Positions 23,577 to 31,176 of a DNA stretch of 32,575 nt are shown piece after piece (positions within the stretch are counted from its first letter, which is position 1; each line of letters begins with the position of its first letter). The position numbers were made by a program, and so were the translations under genes. Origin of the DNA: an uncultured Candidatus Saccharibacteria bacterium (GTDB lineage Bacteria > Patescibacteriota > Minisyncoccia > Phycocordibacterales > UBA918); the NCBI GenBank assembly GCA_964502345.1, contig CAZCWH010000002.1, positions 1,649-34,223 of the forward strand. Direction: 5' to 3'. The notes under the pieces were generated by a model, which saw only the letters and a program-made list of their open reading frames with translations, was not told the DNA's origin and searched no databases.

Positions 23577-23600
23577 CCTTCAGGAGGAAAGGAGTACCTC

Positions 23601-23756
23601 ATGAATCCAAACGTAGCATGTTCGGAAAGTTCCACCCAAGTGGTGGATTCGCAAGGGGACACACAAAGAATCACCGTCCCCCCAGTCGAGCCTTTGCTCG
23701 TCACCTGGTCCGATTTCTTTGGGCCACAGCAGTTTGAATTGCCACTCACGGTCTAA
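23601..23756 (+). CDS. Small hypothetical protein or leader peptide (51 aa)
   Basis: Not in the ORF track. A tandem SD (cAGGAGGaaAGGAGtacctc) ends 6 nt before ATG 23601. My own translation: MNPNVACSESSTQVVDSQGDTQRITVPPVEPLLVTWSDFFGPQQFELPLTV, with TAA at 23754-23756. A terminator starts 15 nt downstream. Confidence 0.45.
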   Translation: MNPNVACSESSTQVVDSQGDTQRITVPPVEPLLVTWSDFFGPQQFELPLTV

Positions 23757-23770
23757 GTCGTGAAGGCGTT

Positions 23771-23799
23771 CAAAGCCCCCAACCCGGGGGCTTTGTTTT
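23771..23799 (+). terminator. Rho-independent terminator
   Basis: CAAAGCCCCC-aaccc-GGGGGCTTTG followed by TTTT. Confidence 0.65.
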
Positions 23800-24037
23800 G
23801 CCCTTGTTTTACCAAAAAATCTGTGGTAAAACCGTTCTAGCTACGTGTGACTCTGTCAGAGCTTGCACATCTTGTCGTCTTCATGAAGTAAGAGTACACT
23901 TCTCTCTAACTTGAGGAGGTATTTGAATCCTTCGGACAGTTGTTCTTCCGGGAGCCCGCACTTATATGTAGTGTGGCAATCTATAAAATTGGAGCGTTAA
24001 AAATTATAAGGAGGTCTTAACTCACAACTATATTCAT

Positions 24038-27000
24038 ATGAATATTATTAAAAACGCGTTTACCCCTGTGCGACAGATGTTCGCAGCAGTGGCTATTTTT
24101 GCGCTCGTACTTTCACTCGCATACGGAGCATTCCCAGTTGCTCATGCAACGGTTCAGGATAAAGTGAAGATTTGTCACTATACTCCAAATGGTTTTGTGG
24201 CAAATGAACCGAGTAAAACTGCTGATGCAGGTGGACATGCCGGACATATGGATGGAAAAGATATAATTCCACCATTTGATTATCCAGAACAGGGAAACAC
24301 ACCAGCAGGACATTTTGATGGTCAAAACTGGGATGCTGAGGGTCAGGAGATTTACAACGATGGTTTGTGTAACGGCGGACCACAACTCGAGCTTTGTGAA
24401 GATGATAGTGCAGAAAACTATGGAGAAGAGCTTCCTTGTGTATACTCAGGAACACTACAGGTAGTGAAAGTCGTGGTTGGTTCTGACGCAGATGAGAGTA
24501 CCTTTAGTTTCCAAGTTAATGGAGGGGCTAGTACTGCTTTTGAGACTGATGGCCAGAATGACCTTACACTTTCACCTGGTTCTTACGATGTAACTGAGGT
24601 TGCTACACCAGGCTATACAACTACATACAATAACTGTGATAATGCCGTTGTGACGGAGGAAGGTACTACCGTATGTACTATCACAAATACATGGGTTTCA
24701 GTTATGTGTGATGACCCAGAAGCGCTGAATTACGAAGAGGAGGGAGAGTGTGAATATCCTACTGAAGATATCGATAATTCATGCCTCATTCCTTCAACAG
24801 AAGGTGACATAACTGTGTTTGATATCGGTGCATCTATTCCACCAGAAGAAAAGTCTGTGCAGACAATGTTCAATGAGAATGGCTTTGGAGGTGTCGATGT
24901 TGAAGCTGATCAGAAGAACTACCAAGTGTGGGATTTTGAGTCAGTAAGTACTGATGAAGTGAGCTTCAATGTTACGATTCTTGGCGGTGTATCAGGAAAT
25001 GTCCAAACATTCGGATACTACAAGGCAGGTGATACCTCAAGTTTTGTACCGCTCTTTACGATTCCACCAACAGCGGTAGGAACTACGTTCCCTGTAACGA
25101 TTCCAGACTCGTTTGCAACCTCATTTGGTTTTGCTATTCAAACTACTGGTACACAACCAAATACCTGGTACTCAGAAAAGGCACTCAATACAGATGGTAA
25201 GGACAACGTAGCTGCGTATAACCCAGCAGATAACGTATACCTCCTTGCGTTTGAAGACCTTAAAGCATATGACAACGATTACAACGACCTTGTAGTGAAA
25301 GTGTCAAAGATTAAGTGTACTGAAAATGAAGTTGCAATCTGTCAGACAGACGCAAACCTTCTTGCGAATGGTTCGTTTGAAACACCAGAGGTCAGTGATC
25401 CTGCAAAGTGGGATATCTTCAGTGCTGGAACAAGTTGGACAACTACATGGGTTGACGGCGCAATCCTAACGACACCACAACTCGAATTACACCGTGGAGT
25501 TAATGGATGGCTTCCATTTGTTGGGGAACAGTATGCAGAACTTGATTCAGACCAGGGAGGACCTTCAAGTAATGTAACTGGTGAGCCAGCATCTGTGCGC
25601 ATCGCACAGACAGTGGCGACTATTCCGGGGGCAACCTATGAACTCTCATATCGATTCTCACCACGACCTGATAGCGTGAGCGCAACTGAGAACGTGCTCA
25701 AATCATACATTGATGGTGTTCTTGATACGGTAACGGGCGACGGCTCTGCAATGACCAATACTGAATGGGAGTTACACTCACGAACATTCACCGCTGATGC
25801 ATCGACCGATATTGCATTTGAAGATGGTGGTACATCAAATTCTGTAGGTACCTTCTTGGATGATGTATGTCTCATTAAAATCGCTGATCCAGAACCAGAA
25901 GTTTGTGAGGTTACTATTGTGAGCGATACTAACACAACAGTTGTTGAGAAAGATGGGGCATTTGCGAAACTCCTTTCATTTGTTCATCCAGGATGGACAG
26001 CAGCAATTACTGGTGCAAGCTGGATTTGGGGAGACGACCCAGTAGCACCACCTGTAAACGGTGTATCTCAGACATTCGAACGAAAGTTTGGATGGAATGG
26101 CCCTGTAACAAGTGCGACACTCTACATTGCAGCTGACAATACGTTCGATGCAGAAATCAATGGAAGTACTGCTGGTACTGACCTTACTGAGTTCAATTAC
26201 AAAGCACCAGCAAAGTCATATGATGTGACCAGTCTCATCAATGATGGCAATAACGAAATTGTTATTGAAGTTGGAAATCTTCCAAGTAGCAGTGACCCTG
26301 CAGCAAATCCTGCAGGACTCCTCTATAAGCTCGTCGTAACCGGAACAGATGCTGAGTGTGATGTTCCATACGAAGAGGAGGAGACATACATCATTGACGG
26401 CTACAAATGGAATGACGAAAACCCAGACGGGGAATGGGATGAGGAGGTTGAGGATGGAATTCAAGGTTGGGTGATTAAGGTAACAAATGGTGAAGATACA
26501 CTTTCAACCACCACTGATTCAACTGGCTACTACTGGTTTGAAGTACCAGCAGGTACATGGACTGTGAGTGAAATTCAACAAAGTGGATGGACCCAAACAG
26601 CTCCAGTGGGAAATACATGTGTGTACTCTTTCGGCATGATTTACTATAAGACTGTATTACTTGATACACCAGATTGTAGTAATTTCGGTAACCACCAAAC
26701 AAATGAAGACCCAGGTCTCTCATGTTCACTCAACGCAAGTAAGAACCCAGTATCAAACGGAGAGGATTTTGACCTCATTTGGACAACAACTGGTGCTGAT
26801 CACGTAGAACTCGATGGTGTTGACGTAGCCCTTGATGGTTCACAATCAACTGAACTCTTCGATGACACAACATACACACTCACAGCCTGGGCAAATGAAA
26901 GTGAAGAAGAAGTGATTGAGTGTGAAGTGACAGTTACAAAGAAGACAAGTGGTGGAGGGGGAGGACGACGTTCTTCATCTTCTTCATCATCATCAAATAA

Positions 27001-27172
27001 TGATGAGCCAGAGCCAGAGGTATTAGGTGAAGAAATTAGCATTATGCCACTCGGCGCTGCTAATACTGGTGCTGGAGGTACGTCTTCAGAGTCAACACTT
27101 CCATTCGCTTTTGCGCTTATCGGTGTACTTGCATCACTTGCAACCATCCGCGCAACAAAGAAGAATGGCTAA
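24038..27172 (+). CDS. Large sortase-anchored surface protein / adhesin (Cys/His-rich N-terminal module, SpaA/prealbumin-like folds, DUF4114, DUF642-like and SdrD-B-like domains)
   Basis: 1044 aa. Signal peptide MNIIKNAFTPVRQMFAAVAIFALVLSLAYGAFPVAHA. N-terminal module: KICHYTPNG...GGHAGHMDGKDIIPPFDY. SpaA-like: TLQVVKVVVGSD...GSYDVTEVATPGYTT. DUF4114: LAFEDLKAYDNDYNDLVVKV. DUF642-like: LLANGSFETPEV...GEQYAELDSD...FLDDVCL. SdrD-B-like: YIIDGYKWNDENPDGEWD...GWVIKV...TDSTGYYWFE. Low-complexity G5RRS8 tract, then a C-terminal sorting signal. Confidence 0.85.
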   Translation: MNIIKNAFTPVRQMFAAVAIFALVLSLAYGAFPVAHATVQDKVKICHYTPNGFVANEPSKTADAGGHAGHMDGKDIIPPFDYPEQGNTPAGHFDGQNWDAEGQEIYNDGLCNGGPQLELCEDDSAENYGEELPCVYSGTLQVVKVVVGSDADESTFSFQVNGGASTAFETDGQNDLTLSPGSYDVTEVATPGYTTTYNNCDNAVVTEEGTTVCTITNTWVSVMCDDPEALNYEEEGECEYPTEDIDNSCLIPSTEGDITVFDIGASIPPEEKSVQTMFNENGFGGVDVEADQKNYQVWDFESVSTDEVSFNVTILGGVSGNVQTFGYYKAGDTSSFVPLFTIPPTAVGTTFPVTIPDSFATSFGFAIQTTGTQPNTWYSEKALNTDGKDNVAAYNPADNVYLLAFEDLKAYDNDYNDLVVKVSKIKCTENEVAICQTDANLLANGSFETPEVSDPAKWDIFSAGTSWTTTWVDGAILTTPQLELHRGVNGWLPFVGEQYAELDSDQGGPSSNVTGEPASVRIAQTVATIPGATYELSYRFSPRPDSVSATENVLKSYIDGVLDTVTGDGSAMTNTEWELHSRTFTADASTDIAFEDGGTSNSVGTFLDDVCLIKIADPEPEVCEVTIVSDTNTTVVEKDGAFAKLLSFVHPGWTAAITGASWIWGDDPVAPPVNGVSQTFERKFGWNGPVTSATLYIAADNTFDAEINGSTAGTDLTEFNYKAPAKSYDVTSLINDGNNEIVIEVGNLPSSSDPAANPAGLLYKLVVTGTDAECDVPYEEEETYIIDGYKWNDENPDGEWDEEVEDGIQGWVIKVTNGEDTLSTTTDSTGYYWFEVPAGTWTVSEIQQSGWTQTAPVGNTCVYSFGMIYYKTVLLDTPDCSNFGNHQTNEDPGLSCSLNASKNPVSNGEDFDLIWTTTGADHVELDGVDVALDGSQSTELFDDTTYTLTAWANESEEEVIECEVTVTKKTSGGGGGRRSSSSSSSSNNDEPEPEVLGEEISIMPLGAANTGAGGTSSESTLPFAFALIGVLASLATIRATKKNG
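27050..27169 (+). other. C-terminal cell-wall sorting signal with a non-canonical LGAANTG motif, a hydrophobic segment and a basic tail
   Basis: ...MPLGAANTGAGGTSSESTLPFAFALIGVLASLATIRATKKNG-stop. This is the tripartite architecture typical of sortase substrates, but the pentapeptide is AANTG rather than LPXTG. Confidence 0.6.
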
Positions 27173-27848
27173 TCGATTTACCAATTACCTTAACGGTACA
27201 ACAACACGTCACTACGCGCGCGTAGTGGCGTTTGTTGTTCTTGGTATTTCTGTTGGATCCTTGATTACCCACATAGCATACCCGCACATTCAACAGTATC
27301 TCGCGAGTCAGCGTGCAGAGAAATCAGAAGTGATTACAGAAGAAACCTCTACTACGACTCCGTATGTACTCTCGCGTTCAAGTCCAACGTTGCTTCGTAT
27401 CCCCAAAATTAATCTTGAGACTACATTTGAACCACCGTTAGGTTTGAATAGCGATAAAACAATTGAAGTGCCAGATTCTTATGACAAGGTCGGATGGTAT
27501 CGGTATGGCCCAACACCTGGTGAAATTGGTCCTGCGGCAATTCTTGGTCATGTTGATTCATATCAGGGGGCGGCAGTCTTCTATCATCTTGGGCAACTCA
27601 CTGAAGGGGACAAAGTATTCATTACGCGCGCTGATGGTACAGAGGCTATTTTTGAAGTAATGTATTCTGAACGATATTCGATTGACGACTTTCCAAGCGA
27701 GAAAGTGTACGGTGAAACAACTGGTCCAGAACTTCGACTCATTACGTGTACCGGGAAATATGACAAAGGGGAGCAACGCTATAGCCACAACCTTGTGGTA
27801 TATGCAAAACTAACAGAAGCGACATCTACATCTGAGACGCTCGAATAA
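27165..27848 (+). CDS. Class F sortase (peptidase C60)
   Basis: ATG 27165 overlaps the adhesin stop (ATGGCTAA). It has an N-terminal TM anchor. Motifs: TLLRIPKINLET, VGWYRYGPTPGEIGPAAILGHVDS, AVFYHLGQLTEGDKVFITRADG, LRLITCTGKYD, NLVVYAKL. These closely match my recollection of class F sortases. The track ORF start at 27027 lies inside the adhesin. Confidence 0.85.
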   Translation: MANRFTNYLNGTTTRHYARVVAFVVLGISVGSLITHIAYPHIQQYLASQRAEKSEVITEETSTTTPYVLSRSSPTLLRIPKINLETTFEPPLGLNSDKTIEVPDSYDKVGWYRYGPTPGEIGPAAILGHVDSYQGAAVFYHLGQLTEGDKVFITRADGTEAIFEVMYSERYSIDDFPSEKVYGETTGPELRLITCTGKYDKGEQRYSHNLVVYAKLTEATSTSETLE

Positions 27849-27881
27849 CCTTCCAGTCTCCGTTCGAAAGCATCGAAAGGA

Positions 27882-28235
27882 CTAATACGGCGAGATCTCA
27901 GGATTTCTGCAAACAGAATCAAGACGCTCAAAAAGCTCACCATTGTGGAGTGCCACGCATGCCCCACTTTTCAAGCATGCTTGGTACTGTCTCAGTGCTG
28001 TTGTTAGTAGCACGGTGTATGCCCACGAGATGCAATTCTTTTCGTCAGGGAGATTGAGTGCTTCTGTCTGTGCGAATATCTCTGTGAAGGCGGCCTCGAT
28101 CACGCGGTCTGGGTAGGGTGTTTGAGTGTATGCAGCACGAGCACTAGGGTCGAGCACCATTTGGTAGTCATGAAGAATATCCGCAAATGAGGATTCATTG
28201 TCGCCGTGGTTCATCTGTTCGGTAAGAGTTTGCAT
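27882..28235 (-). CDS. Hypothetical acidic cytosolic protein (117 aa), 6 nt downstream of a CAP-domain gene
   Basis: ATG-initiated ORF with no signal peptide. I recognise no family. Confidence 0.5.
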   Translation of the reverse strand: MQTLTEQMNHGDNESSFADILHDYQMVLDPSARAAYTQTPYPDRVIEAAFTEIFAQTEALNLPDEKNCISWAYTVLLTTALRQYQACLKSGACVALHNGELFERLDSVCRNPEISPY

Positions 28236-28241
28236 ACCAAA

Positions 28242-28760
28242 TTACTTAGAACCGAATAATTGCACAACGTACCAACCCTTAAATCCTTTTCGCTCACCAT
28301 ACGCGATACCTATTCCGATGTCGGTATATTGGGTACCAAGTATGTTTGCGCGATGGGAAGGGGATTCGAGCCATGCGGTCATGAGGGAGAGTGTGCTCTT
28401 GTGATGCACAGCAAGGTTTTCGCCCGCATTCATGTAGGCGTACCCCTCTTCCGAAATTAAGGTCCAAAATTTCATGCCCGAGGGACTCTCATGACTGAAG
28501 TATGAATTCTTCGCCATATCATCAGCCTTTTTTTGTGCAGCTCGTGTTAAGGGCTCATCAGTAGTCACTGTGTTCAGTCCTGCTGTTTTGCGTGCTTTGT
28601 TCGTTGCAGAGATGATATCTGCCTGTGTATACGGGGCTTGAGTTGTCTTTGTTGTTACTGCTCTCGGAGCTGCGAATACTGTCGAAGTAGTAAGTACAGG
28701 GACAGAGATCAGAACGAGGAGTATATATACAATTATTGGACTTGATCGTTTGATAAACAT
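28242..28760 (-). CDS. Secreted CAP/SCP (YkwD-like) domain protein, paralog 1
   Basis: 172 aa. Signal peptide. ATNKARKTAGL, YFSHESPSG, AGENLA, WLESPSHRANILGTQYTDIGIGIAYGERKGFKGWYVVQLFG. Confidence 0.85.
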   Translation of the reverse strand: MFIKRSSPIIVYILLVLISVPVLTTSTVFAAPRAVTTKTTQAPYTQADIISATNKARKTAGLNTVTTDEPLTRAAQKKADDMAKNSYFSHESPSGMKFWTLISEEGYAYMNAGENLAVHHKSTLSLMTAWLESPSHRANILGTQYTDIGIGIAYGERKGFKGWYVVQLFGSK

Positions 28761-29137
28761 AGGTGTTTATCGCGAAGTCGTCCTGGCCCATTTTCGGCCC
28801 GATGAACTCATACCGTACTCAAGAAGAACACGCAAAAATTCTCTTGGAGTGAGTATTGGTATATACGAGTATAAAGTGACCGGTTACGCCACGGGCTCAG
28901 AATGGTTCAGGCGTCCACGTACGAACCATTCTTCAACGCCTTCACGTTTATATTGGGTTAATAAAATGACCCTAGGGAGAGTCATCTGATCTACAAAGTA
29001 GCTCAAAGATAACCGGTTATGCTAGTGACTCCGCATGATCCAAGCATCCATATACAGATCATGTTTCTACGTCTTTATCTCTCTAGTCTTATTTTTATAC
29101 GCCTATTCAGAAAAAATGCAAGGGAGGAGTGAACCAA

Positions 29138-29683
29138 CTACTTCAGGCTAAAAATTGGGTTGTAGCGAGTTGATCCGAAGAGCTCGACAACGTACCAACC
29201 TTTCTTACCATTTCGTTCTCCGTATGCCATTCCAATTCCTACATCGGTATATTGTTCACCAAGAATATTTGCTCGATGTCCAGCAGACTTAAGCCAGGCC
29301 TTCATAATGGCGTTCGCACTTGTGTATTGAAACGCGAGATTTTCTCCAGCACTCTTAAAAGGGTATCCAGCAAGTGTAATAAAGTTCCAGTAGTGTGTGC
29401 CCGTAGGTGCGATGTGACCAAAGTAGTTTTGGTTGACCATATCATTCGCTTTGAGTTGAGCAGCGAAATTGAGTTTTGGATTTACTTTAAGCTTGTCCAA
29501 ATCTTTTGCGAGTCGCGCCTTGTTAGTAGCTTGAACAATTTGAGTGTGCGTGTACGGTGCTTTCGCCACGGTACCTGTTTGTGCATGTGCAACACTAGAT
29601 ACGGTAGGCACAAAAAGCACACCTGTGATAATAAGGACTAAAAACAAAACCACTCGAGCTGAGCTATGTAATACCATTTCCAC
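29138..29683 (-). CDS. Secreted CAP/SCP (YkwD-like) domain protein, paralog 2
   Basis: 181 aa from GTG 29683. ATG 29677 lies 6 nt after a minus-strand TACAAT box. ATNKARLAKDL, YFGHIAPTG, AGENLA, WLKSAGHRANILGEQYTDVGIGMAYGERNGKKGWYVVELFG. Confidence 0.85.
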   Translation of the reverse strand: MEMVLHSSARVVLFLVLIITGVLFVPTVSSVAHAQTGTVAKAPYTHTQIVQATNKARLAKDLDKLKVNPKLNFAAQLKANDMVNQNYFGHIAPTGTHYWNFITLAGYPFKSAGENLAFQYTSANAIMKAWLKSAGHRANILGEQYTDVGIGMAYGERNGKKGWYVVELFGSTRYNPIFSLK

Positions 29684-29787
29684 ATTGTATGTCAGTGTAC
29701 TGAAGAAATGTCACACGCCTGTTGAAATACCATATTTCTCCTCATGAAGAATTGCTGAGAGGGGTATAAACAAGGGTTTAAAAGATA

Positions 29788-29815
29788 TTGCCAAAAACAT
29801 AAATCATGGTATAGT
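29788..29815 (+). promoter_or_regulatory. Promoter TTGCCA-N16-TATAGT with a TGg extension, upstream of the ATP-grasp gene
   Basis: atTTGCCAaaaacataaatcaTGgTATAGT, read directly. It leaves a 5' UTR of roughly 45 nt with no SD. Confidence 0.4.
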
Positions 29816-29866
29816 ACCAGTCACAATTTTGGCTGTTCACCGGACGGCAAACGCCTTCCCCGGGCT

Positions 29867-31141
29867 ATGAAAAAAATTAAGAAGAATATACTCGCCTACG
29901 TTATGAGCCTTCCCGAAGGGGCAGTTTCTAGTATTCGTCGATATGAACGTGAGAAAGGTCAAAAATTCCGTATCATGCTCATTCGCGATACGGGTGTGTT
30001 AGGTGTGACTGCAGAGACCCCAAGCAAGGCTGATATTGTTGTTTCGATTAATTTTAGTAAGCGAAATGCAATAGCCGAAGCGCTTGCACCATACCAAGGC
30101 CAGATTAAGGCAATTACCTGTCGTTCTGAATCTAACATCTCACGATTCATTGAAGTCATACCCCATGTACCGTATCTTCGTACGCCGACGACTGAGTCGC
30201 TCACGTGGTCGACTGATAAACTTGAAATGCGTAGGCGCTTTGCCGCACTCGCAAAAGAGTATTCACCAAAGTACACTATTGCTCGCGAAAACACGAAAAG
30301 TGAACGGAGGCGCATCATTGAAAAAATTAAGTTTCCGCTCGTTGTAAAGCCAACTAACTTGGCGCAGAGTCTGCTCGTCTCCATTTGCTATCATGAAGAT
30401 GAACTTAAGCAGGCGCTCACCACTCTGAAGCGTAAGATAAAAAAGACCTATAAAGAAAATAAGCGTTCTGAGGAACCCCGCATCATCGTAGAGGAGTTTA
30501 TGGACGGTGACATGTATTCAGTTGACGCCTATGTAAACTCACGCGGGACGGTATATTTTTGCCCAATGGTGAAAGTCATCACGGGTCGCAATATTGGTCA
30601 TGACGATTTTTTCAATTATCTTCGTATTACACCGACACACCTAAAGCAGGCATCAATAGAGAAAGCGCATGAAGCAGGAGAGGCTGGTATTCATGCTCTT
30701 GGATTACGGAATTCTACTGCACACATCGAACTTATGAAGATTGATGACGACTGGAAAATTATTGAAATTGGTCCGCGTGTTGGCGGTTTCCGCGACAAGC
30801 TACATAGTCTCAGTTGTGACATCGATCATTCACTCAATGACATTCTTATACGTTTCCCGCAAAAGCCGGTTCTCCCGAAGAAATGTAAGGGGTTTGCAGC
30901 AACACTTATGTGGTATCCAAAGAAAGAAGGGAAGCTCATAGGACTTCGGGGCATTAAACGAGCAACAGAGCTCAAATCTTTTAATGATATTTCTGTTACT
31001 AAAAAGATAGGAGACAGATGCAAATTTGCTAAGAATGGTGGAAAGGCTGTTTTTACGATCACTTTTTACAATGCTGAGCGATCTAAGCTTCTTGCAGACA
31101 TCCGGCGAGTCGAACAACTCATCAAGATTGAGATTGAGTAA
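29867..31141 (+). CDS. ATP-grasp domain ligase (ATP-grasp_4 / L-amino-acid-ligase-like)
   Basis: 424 aa. KFPLVVKPTNLAQSLLVSICYHEDEL, IIVEEFMDGDMYSVDAYV, AHIELMKIDDDWKIIEIGPRVGG. Confidence 0.8.
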   Translation: MKKIKKNILAYVMSLPEGAVSSIRRYEREKGQKFRIMLIRDTGVLGVTAETPSKADIVVSINFSKRNAIAEALAPYQGQIKAITCRSESNISRFIEVIPHVPYLRTPTTESLTWSTDKLEMRRRFAALAKEYSPKYTIARENTKSERRRIIEKIKFPLVVKPTNLAQSLLVSICYHEDELKQALTTLKRKIKKTYKENKRSEEPRIIVEEFMDGDMYSVDAYVNSRGTVYFCPMVKVITGRNIGHDDFFNYLRITPTHLKQASIEKAHEAGEAGIHALGLRNSTAHIELMKIDDDWKIIEIGPRVGGFRDKLHSLSCDIDHSLNDILIRFPQKPVLPKKCKGFAATLMWYPKKEGKLIGLRGIKRATELKSFNDISVTKKIGDRCKFAKNGGKAVFTITFYNAERSKLLADIRRVEQLIKIEIE

Positions 31142-31176
31142 ATTTGTGTGCACAGATAGGCGAAAAAAGCCCAGAT

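Noticed and set aside
23555-23737. 60-aa GTG-initiated Arg/His-rich ORF from the track
   Set aside because: It has no SD and starts inside the predicted -35 box / promoter spacer. The overlapping ATG 23601 frame has a tandem SD at ideal spacing and stops just before the terminator.
23923-24000. TTG-initiated 25-codon mini-ORF (MNPSDSCSSGS...) whose first residues resemble the 23601 peptide (MNPNVACSESS...)
   Set aside because: The GGAGG is only 3 nt from the TTG. The resemblance is limited to a few residues and could be chance, so it is not reported as a gene.
27027-27164. Upstream extension of the sortase ORF
   Set aside because: It lies inside the adhesin C-terminus. The sortase TM anchor and homology start from ATG 27165.
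28750-28989. 79-aa plus-strand ORF in the CAP spacer
   Set aside because: It has no SD or -10 context and runs opposite to the flanking genes. Its translation is unrecognisable, so it is treated as non-coding.
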